From Bigelowiella natans CCMP2755 (Eukaryota > Protista > Cercozoa): a stretch of 64,000 nucleotides of DNA. Both the position numbers and the translations under genes were made by a program. Shown here piece after piece: positions 53,051-64,000 of the stretch. The notes under the pieces were generated by a model that saw only the letters and a program-made list of their open reading frames with translations, was not told where the DNA came from and did not search any database. The stretch's first letter is position 1, and the number at the start of each line of letters is the position of its first letter. The stretch is from positions 71,527 through 135,526 of the forward strand of contig ADNK01000007.1 in NCBI GenBank assembly GCA_000320545.1, written 5' to 3'.

Positions 53051-54078
53051 ATGATGACATAGGGGAATGGATTGAGGAGTAGAGAAGGGGATGGGCATTG
53101 CCATATGAGATGAAACACACAAATTGAGGAACACATAGCGTGTCGTGTCTTCGCATGAATTTGTCGTTTCCAGTGTTTACTTTCTCCTCCTCTCTGTATC
53201 TTGTGACACCACAGAGGACATGACCATCCTGTCAGAGAAATACGGATCACATGCAGTAGTAGGAAAAGCAGAATCAAGTAGTGATGTGCAGCAGGATCAA
53301 GCCCAAAGCCTGTCAGGCTAGCTAGCTAGCAGGCTAGCAGGGAGCACGATGTCGATGATTGTGACGACTGTTTGTAGCACATGCATGTGACAAAGCCAAT
53401 CTTCTAGCTAGCTCTCGTCTGTTATTAGTGAACAGTCGATATCACTCGAGTTGCAGTGCTAGAGTGTGCATGAAGTGTGGCTGCCCTGCACCTGTCTTGC
53501 TGCTGTGTATACGTCTAGCTGCATGTGCTGTCGCACTAGCACCTAGACCTGCTCGCCTGCAGCTAGCTGCCTAGCTGCGTGCGCACATTGTGGGGGCATG
53601 CTAGCATGCACATGTGCATGTGTCACTGCACAAATCTAGACATTGCATGTACATCGTAGCTGCTCCGATATTCATCGATGCCGGCTCATCTAGCGTGGCT
53701 AGCTAGCTAGGTCTAGAAGTGGTTGCGATGCGTTGCATAGCACATCCGACATGCTAGCGCATGCTAGCATGGCGTGGGTCGCTAGGTCGTGCAGTCGTGC
53801 AGCGCATGCATGCATGTCGACCTGGATGTCTAGATGTGTGGTAATTGCCAGCTTGTTGCGAATGCTTCTAGATATGTTGCACATGCTTCCCACCATTGTG
53901 GCACTTTAACCTTTCTATCAGCTTGATGAATGTTTCAACGCAAACAGCAAGCCATTGCTACTGCAAGCGGTTGACTGCATCTCGCAATAACTTTTTCCTT
54001 ATCTACTGATGCCATGCTACCGCTCCAGGTGCTAACTTTTCGGGTTGCGGATGTAGGCACATCGTAATTTTTAGCTTT
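53051..54078. other. Convergent intergenic block, CTAG/TGCA-palindrome rich (strongest example)
   Basis: ggctagctagctagcaggctagc (about 53316), gcatgctagcatgcacatgtgcatg (about 53596), gctagctagctaggtctaga (about 53698), catgctagcgcatgctagcatg (about 53750), gcgcatgcatgcatgtcgac (about 53802). Confidence 0.75.
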
Positions 54079-55138
54079 TCATGCGGGTGCTTTTTCAGCA
54101 GATTTCGTCGTCTTTACAACTATGACTGGGCACTTTAGGTTGTGTACCAGGTAGTCGGAGACCGACCCCAGGAACGCACGTCCGAATGCACCCGTGCCTA
54201 ATAAATATACACAAGGTTGAGTGGATATATATGCACAAACATATAAATGTATATACACATATATCATGTATGCACATATACATGTATATAATATTTGTGT
54301 ATGTGTGATGTGTTTGTGTGTGTATCCCATACATACTTTTCGAATATACTGTTTCTATAGTTTAGGTAACATTACCTCGGCTGGCTACTATGCACATAGC
54401 AGGATTGACTTTGTTGCAATGCTCCTGGATGGTACCCTTGGCCCCCCCATCGTGTAAATCCAAAATTTCGACGGTAATATGAGCTTTGCAACCTTCAGAG
54501 ATAATTTAGAGTAAACAATATTGGTTTACTCGTGAAGATTGTCACGGGATTGTTACCCATCCTCAGTGCGTCAACGACCATCTCCTTCATGATTTCTGCG
54601 TTTCTCTTCCTAACTTCTTCTATGTACTTTTTCTCAAGCTCCATTAACCTGCACGAACCAAGTTGAGCTAATTTGGATACTGTCAAGAATTTAATCAATG
54701 ATCAATTATTACTGACTGGTGGTAATCCTTGGAAACATAGTCAAATGTTGACATTGGTTTACGTTCGTAAACATGAATAAGTTGGACCTGCGATGTACAA
54801 GCACGGAATAATCACAAAACACCCTAGCAACAATCCAAGGAATTCTACTTGATCCGTATCCTTCAAAACGTTTTCCACAGCCCACTTCCATCCAGCTTTA
54901 CTACATAGAGAAGATACATTATGTGATATTTCTCTCTTTTCTCTGTTTTCTTCCTTCTCACTCTCGCACATGTTAAAAGTCCTTAACTTTCCGGAAAAGG
55001 GGCAGCAGAGAGTATGTGTTTGAAACTCGTAAGAGATACTATGCCGTCTTTTCGGGTTTTCTGTATGTTCCACCTGTATTCCGACTTATCAACACACATG
55101 ACGATAAGGCGTGCATCCTTCTTCTTCTCCGAAGCCAT
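54079..55138 (-). CDS. Universal stress protein A (USP) family protein
   Basis: RLIVMCVDKSEY, WKWAVENVL, GGAKGTIQEHC..MCIVASR|GTGAFGRAFLGSVSDYLVHNLKCPVIVVK, the canonical USP C-terminal motif. Confidence 0.93.
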
Positions 55139-55896
55139 CTTTCTTCCTATCTTTCTTATTTGGCTGTGTTCGATTTGAGTTTTGCAGTTGGTAGTCCTTG
55201 CGTGTTTCAAGCATATTCTTACAGTTCCGAACAAATTGTTGTCGCAAGGGTGTAACACATATCATTTTCGACTTAGATTCACAGTAGCGGATAGTACTCG
55301 TAGTACCCTGTATTATTCTTTTTTCTCCTTGAATCTAGTTTTCTCAAAGTGGGTACCAAGAAAAACAAAAAGTCGCCCACTGTTCCTGAGGGACTTTTCT
55401 GAAGCATTTCCGTTACTAACCGTCAGAAATGACAGAAACTCGCTAGATTTTTGCTTGATTTGGACGGTCTAGATCTGTCTATTATGTGCATGTCGGCATA
55501 TAAGAACGTCCAGTGAAGGATTGTTTGCGACAACAAAGCAAGAAGATATGGCATGACTTTCACGGAGCTCCTCGTTCCGTGTTCCGAATTCCGACCGCGC
55601 AGATCTCTCAAGTCACTCCTCTTGCTCTCGCTATCAGCCTCGTATCTTACTCAGCAAGTGCTGGCGTCAACCAAAACTGAACTCAAGCAAAGCGTTTGCT
55701 CTTCGACCGATTCAAATTGCTGGATTCCGGTATTACCCTGAGCTGAGCTTTTTGATATCTTGATAAAAGGGGACTCGCATTTCTGGCATCTTCTTTAAAT
55801 CCGATCAGTATTTGGCTTTCTTATTTTTCCTATCTTGGACCTTGAAGAAGATGCAGCCCGAACCTAAATTGCTTTGTTTCACAGGACAGCAAAATA

Positions 55897-58780
<2,884 letters not shown>

Positions 58781-59657
58781 TTCTGAAGCACCACATCTAA
58801 GCTAAGTCTGACACGATAGTGCATTACATTTGTGTGAATGCAGTAGCTATAAGATTATCTAAGATGTACGGATAATTCAGACATTGAGACAACAAGTTTC
58901 ACAGCGATCAATGCTATGCTACGTAGCGTGCGTTTGTATTGAACGCGTGAAAACATGACAACAGAACGTGAGCAACTTCTCAATGTGAGTCATACATTGC
59001 TAACATGCACGGGCGTGGACAAGACAGTTGCTGCCGCCACACACATGTGATGTGGCGATCGACAGCCTAGACAGCACTAGCATAGAGCATGTAGCCTTTT
59101 GCAGGTCTATGTACAAATCTCGATGTGTTCTAGCTTAGCTTCTATTGCAATGCTAGAATGATGCGCGCCATATCTAGATATGTAGGCGATCGCAAAGCTA
59201 GCGATGATCTACATTCATTCATGGCATATGTTAGCATAGCCCTCCTAGCCTCATTGTTTACGCTAACACATTAGGAATTCTAAAATTCATGCATTGTAAT
59301 TCTAGATAAGCTTGAGAAAACAAAAGTCAAGAGGATGCAATTGTCATGCGCATCTAGGCATGTGTAGGCAAGATCGATCTAGCGGTGAGTTGGCGCTCTA
59401 GCTAGCTAGCTAGCGCTGTGTGTATATTTGCATCATCATCTTTAGGAAAAGCGGCTTCTGCTAGTCTGGCATGATAATGCGAACCCTATCACAGACATGT
59501 GCATAGCAATGTGCCACATTACAATTAAAACGGATTCCAATTTTTCTGAAATTGCTGGCTAAACACAAAATACAGATCTAGAGATGGACACGATTTACGG
59601 GCAACGTAGAAGTTTGTAAAATTAACGCGCCGTACGCCATTTAATTCAAACGTCTGT
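58781..59657. other. Convergent intergenic block, CTAG/TGCA-palindrome rich
   Basis: cactagcatagagcatg, tatctagata, gcgatcgcaaagctagc, tctagctagctagctagcgc (about 59397-59416). Confidence 0.7.
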
Positions 59658-60488
59658 CTAGTTGGTCCATGGTGCATATGCGCCAAACTTGGGAATGCCT
59701 GGGCGATCGAGGAAGAGATCAGGATCAGGTCCCTCAAAAAAGTCTGGAACAGGGAGACCCATCTTGTATGCGTACGCAACCCTGATGAGCCATCGGATTG
59801 GGTTTATTATGAAGTAGACAACCAAGTATCCGGGGGAATCTGATTGGAGAAGCATGTGGATATAAACCACAACTGTCCAGGTCAAAATGAAGGTAATAAG
59901 CTTCCACGGAGGCTGATCCTGTTCTATACCAAAAAGTTTTTTCATCTTTCCAACGAAAGTTTCTGGTTCTTCTTCCTCTTTGAACTTCTTCGCTGCTGTA
60001 AAGAGTCCTCTTAACAATGGACGGCGAGAAGTTCCTCCACTTATCTCTTGCCTTTTCCATAACGATTTGATGCTTGTGCCTAATTGTATGAAGATAATTA
60101 TTGAATAAGTGAAGTTTATACCTCGGAGAATTAAATATCATGACCAGGCTCGTAATTTGGGCGTAGTTGTGTCTTCACAGATAGAAGCTTTTGTCTCCGA
60201 GATCCATCGAAGTATCTGTTAGATACTTTTGGAAAATGATGTAAAGTTAATAGGTGGAAAGATACTCAAAAGAAGTTAAATGCGAACCTAGTGTCTTCGA
60301 TTGGACCCGAGCTGCAGCCTGAGGAAAATTTTTATGAGATCGCTGTGAGTGAAGGACAATAACATAACTTGTACCTTGGTAGCATCGATACAACTTGCTG
60401 AAAACGCTAACAGCACCGCTGCAGGCCAATAAACACGACAGTATGGCTTTGCCATCCTTCGGCTACTATCTCCTACCATGATTCCCAT
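59658..60488 (-). CDS. Hypothetical small membrane protein with a signal-peptide-like leader
   Basis: First exon ..RVYWPAAVLLAFSASCIDATK. The last exon is open from about 60079 and reads ..RRPLLRGLFTAAKKF..WKLITFILTWTVVVYIHMLL..GYLVVYFIINPIRWLIR..APWTN*. Middle exons are unresolved. Confidence 0.55.
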
Positions 60489-60875
60489 CCTAAAATCATA
60501 GAGATGATGCACATTTGATGCGAGTATCTTTCTGAAATTCGACTAAATGAAGTCGGAAAAGAAAAAATCATCGTTTGAGATTATATGAATTCAGGTTGAC
60601 GTTTTCATAGAGTTCTCAAGGGGTAACTCATTGTAGAACCTGAGGGCAAACCGTAGGGTACCATGCCGGCGTGTACGAGATAATCTTTTGAAGCCACTTG
60701 TGCGACAATAAATATGGATGTCGTATGTGTAAAATAGGATGTTACATCGATGCTTTTTTTATTGGTGTCTTAGAGGGCAAATCTCCTTAAATATTACATA
60801 GCGACTTCCTTTTATGGGTTGTCGCGAGAAAACACTTGCCACAACTTTAACTCGAAGCTCTCCCCATCCGAACCA

Positions 60876-62101
60876 ATGAGCGGGCAGCGCCGAAAGGCAG
60901 CGAAGAGGATGAGCCATAGCAAACATAAGCCGAGCGACAATGCTTTCGTGTCTATATTTGACCAGGTCCAACAGCTCCAGGCACAGAAGCAAAAGGATTT
61001 AGAGCTTAAGTAAGAGACCGATGATCGTCACACCCCCCAATGTAAATAAAGTTCTGTTCTAAATCCGAAAGGGAAAAGAATGTCGTGTATTTGGGTCGAA
61101 AGCGATCAGGCAAATCGACGCTTAAGATGGCATCCATCTCAGAGTTCCGGGTTGTTCACTTCCTAATGCAACCATTTCAGAGAATAATTCGCTGACAGAC
61201 AATCAATCAATCACGTAGGGAAAGGGTCGGAAGCACGACGCAAAAGATAAGATAAAATCCACGACTTCTATTGACTACGACTATGTTAAGTATGGCATCT
61301 TGATTCAATTTACATCGTCGTTCATTTCTTCTCAGCTGGCAATTTCATCGAATATTGTTCAGGATAAGCCGAACAACCGTTGGTCATGTTTGGGAGATTG
61401 GTATACTCTTATACAACATATGTACTTGCAGCTCCAGTCATATTTGAACGTTTGCACTCCCCTTCCCTCTATGCACAGGTGGTGGAATTTCGATGGCGAA
61501 GCTTCTCAACTCGGTGAAGCACCACATACCACCTAGGACACACTGTACTAGTGTAGTAAGATAGACGTATTTTCAGGTTCTCACAAGGCACTCCCTCCAA
61601 ACGATGTTGGTGGTTCTTGTCCTAGATCTAGACAGGTAGCGAACAAAGTCACTACTGCTGAAACTCAAAGCCTCACTCGGCACACTAATCATTCTGGGTG
61701 TGCTTGTCTTTCTTGTACTGATTTGCTGCATTTTTCATTATGCCCTGCAGACCGAAGGGTCTAGTTGGGGAGTTGGCGGAATGGCTGGAGATCCTGAGAA
61801 AGAGGACAAAGTGATGATAGTGATGATTATGAGAGATCAGTACATTCTGTTACAGCGACGTTCTTCTTAAATGTTCTTCATGTGCTTTGCTGCGTTTTGT
61901 TCATGGGGGACACAATTGTTTCAGGGAATGCTGCGAACAGATGGAGCAGCGACGTTCAGGATTTCTACGAAGGTATCATCATTATGGTTCTTGACATAGG
62001 AAAGAAATCCAGAAATGTGATTCCTTTATTGTGTGAAGAACTGGGTTGTGAAGAAAGTACTTGTTGTATGAATTTACACGTACCGCATTGCCAAGTAACC
62101 C

Positions 62102-62144
<43 letters not shown>

Positions 62145-64000
62145 AATCTTAGATATACGCAGCGAGTGAACAAGAGATTAGGCTCAGAAGCAGTTGCAGA
62201 ACTTAAAAGATACAAAGTACGTACAACTTCTGCAAAGAGTTGAGACTGGAAATGTGGATATAAACATGCTAATATAATATATCTTTAAGCTTTCAATCCA
62301 CTCCTGTGCTCGCTCTCCTCCAATAACTCTTCATGATTAGATTCAAACAAGCTATCAATCGTCCAAATCTAGCTTATCTTTCTCCATCTCCATCTCCTTC
62401 TCTACTCCTCCTCCTCCTCCTCCCCCCATACTAATACTGCTACATCGCCACCAACATCGTCGCCATAACCACAACCTACGCCGCCACCATATTCTTCCCC
62501 AATGATCTATAGATAGTCCCGTTGCCCATTCCGGTGTTGGTGATTGGCTCCAAGTGTCAAAGGTCGTTGTGCTCTCTATCAACCAGTAGCATAGATGAAG
62601 TAGCAGTAGTAGTAGCAGTAGTAGTAGTAACAATGATCAATGGTAGAGGAGAGTGGAAGAACGAGAATGCTCTAATTACACGATTGATTTGGACGCTTCT
62701 CGAAAGCAGCCGAATTCGACGTGATTGAGTGGAACGACGCAACCGACACCCACTACTAGGTTTTTCAGTGGGCTGAGGTCGGCATCCGGAGAGATGCCGT
62801 GCATGGCGAGAGCGCTCCGGTCTGTCTGCCACGCCTACGGCGTCTCCCTGTTATACACAAGGTGGTTGGTAGATGATGAAAAGGAAATGATGCACAGAGG
62901 CTGTAGCAGCAGCATGTGATTCACATGATTCGTGAGAGAACAGAAGGTTTCACGATATTGACCTGAAGAAATCGTGAGGCGTTACTCGACTAGGAAAGAT
63001 CTACGAATATTCAGAAGCCAACGGTTTTTACAGTGACGCCTTCAAATGGAAGCTCTTATTACTTCTGCATACCTCCTCTTGTGTATTGTGTCGTTCGTTG
63101 TGTAACATAGCACGGACGACGAGGAAAGCTTCTCCTTGTATCGGAACATCGTCAAAGCGCATCTATTGAACAAGAAATACAAGCAGGTGGTGAGAAAGAA
63201 TGAGGGAAAGAGAAGTGGGAGGAAGGGGAGGAGGAGGAGAACTGAATCGTTTTGTCTGCTGAGAAGTCGCTGAGAAGTGAATTGCTCGTAAAATGGAATG
63301 GAGAACAAGGAGATGGTAGCTAGTGCCTTGGTCTGACACACGAGTTCGGAACGTGATGAAGGATTGATTTATACGGCATTACAAGATTCACTTCTCCCTC
63401 CCACTCATTTACATCTTCTGTTTAAATGTAGAAACGCCAGCTGCAGGACACAAGCTCCCTCTCGGTCCAATGCGGTATGGATTCTTTTGCGAAGATAGGC
63501 TTCCCGAAGGTGGTTATTGATTGAATGCTGCACTCTCAATTGTGATATTAGAAGAGGATCATTCTCTTCACCGTTGAAAGAAACACATATAAAAATATAT
63601 CAAACATAACAACATCAACATACTCAAACAGTGTTGTATCCTCTTTGTCTCCTCGTGATAATCGTCTAAGGCGTCTACTGGGGAGGGGGGCGGTCATGAC
63701 CAGCAGCACAGCCGCAGACCAATGATGGAATGGCGACTTCATGCCAAGAATGTGTTTGGAGAACACAAGGTCCCCTTTTCTTAATAACCCGCTCATCTAA
63801 GTGAATTGACGTAGCGACTCCCTGCCTGCTTTTCTATCTCATGTTGGATGGACAAAAAAGGGGGATATCGGACACGAAAGAAACAGGACTTCTTCTGGAC
63901 AGAAAAGGGGATAGGGGGGAGAAAGGAAACCAGGAGCACACTCATCTAGCGGAGAGTATGAAAGATATGAGAATAGGGGGGGAGGGGGGGGGGGGGGGGG
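60876..64000 (+). CDS. DYNC2LI1: Cytoplasmic dynein-2 light intermediate chain (IFT dynein), 3' end outside the window
   Basis: EKNVVYLGRKRSGKST (P-loop), STTSIDYDY, GGISMAKLL, LVVLVLDLD, PLPIPVLVIGSK, MARALRSVCHAYGVSLLYT, GMDSFAKIG, in the order seen in DYNC2LI1/D1bLIC. Confidence 0.85.

Noticed and set aside
53280-53900. Palindrome blocks as a CRISPR array, MITE or satellite
   Set aside because: No fixed-length repeat and spacer, no terminal inverted repeats or target-site duplications, and no regular period.
63976-64000. Terminal poly-G run as a telomere or special element
   Set aside because: Similar G/C homopolymers occur in many introns (about 10100, 31205, 34003, 44693, 62099), and no telomeric repeat array is present.

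Overview
Eukaryotic nuclear DNA that is gene-dense and very intron-rich, with microsatellite-laden introns. It is not prokaryotic: no operons, CRISPR, tRNA, rRNA or transposase were found. By hand-splicing GT/GC-AG exons I reconstruct about 15 protein genes: a NOA1/YqeH cpGTPase (5'-truncated), a low-complexity orphan, a GLUT-type sugar porter, a GT31 C1GALT1-like galactosyltransferase, an ankyrin protein, a PlsC acyltransferase, a WD40/coiled-coil/fimbrin-type 4xCH protein, three orphans, an RSL1D1-like ribosomal-L1-domain protein with a signal-peptide-like leader, a universal stress protein, fumarylacetoacetase, a small membrane orphan and DYNC2LI1 (3'-truncated). Intron density, several signal-peptide plus transit-like leaders and an IFT dynein subunit suggest a flagellated alga with a complex plastid, possibly a chlorarachniophyte; this is inference only. 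The strongest unexplained signal is architectural. Gene orientation alternates perfectly (+,-,+,-...). Every tail-to-tail junction carries a 0.7-1.1 kb block rich in short palindromes (GCTAGC, TCTAGA, TGCATGCA). Six of seven head-to-head junctions carry TGCGACA. Microsatellites are excluded from roughly the first 1-2 kb of each gene. Exon boundaries are manual and approximate, and most short ORFs in the supplied track are microsatellite artefacts.
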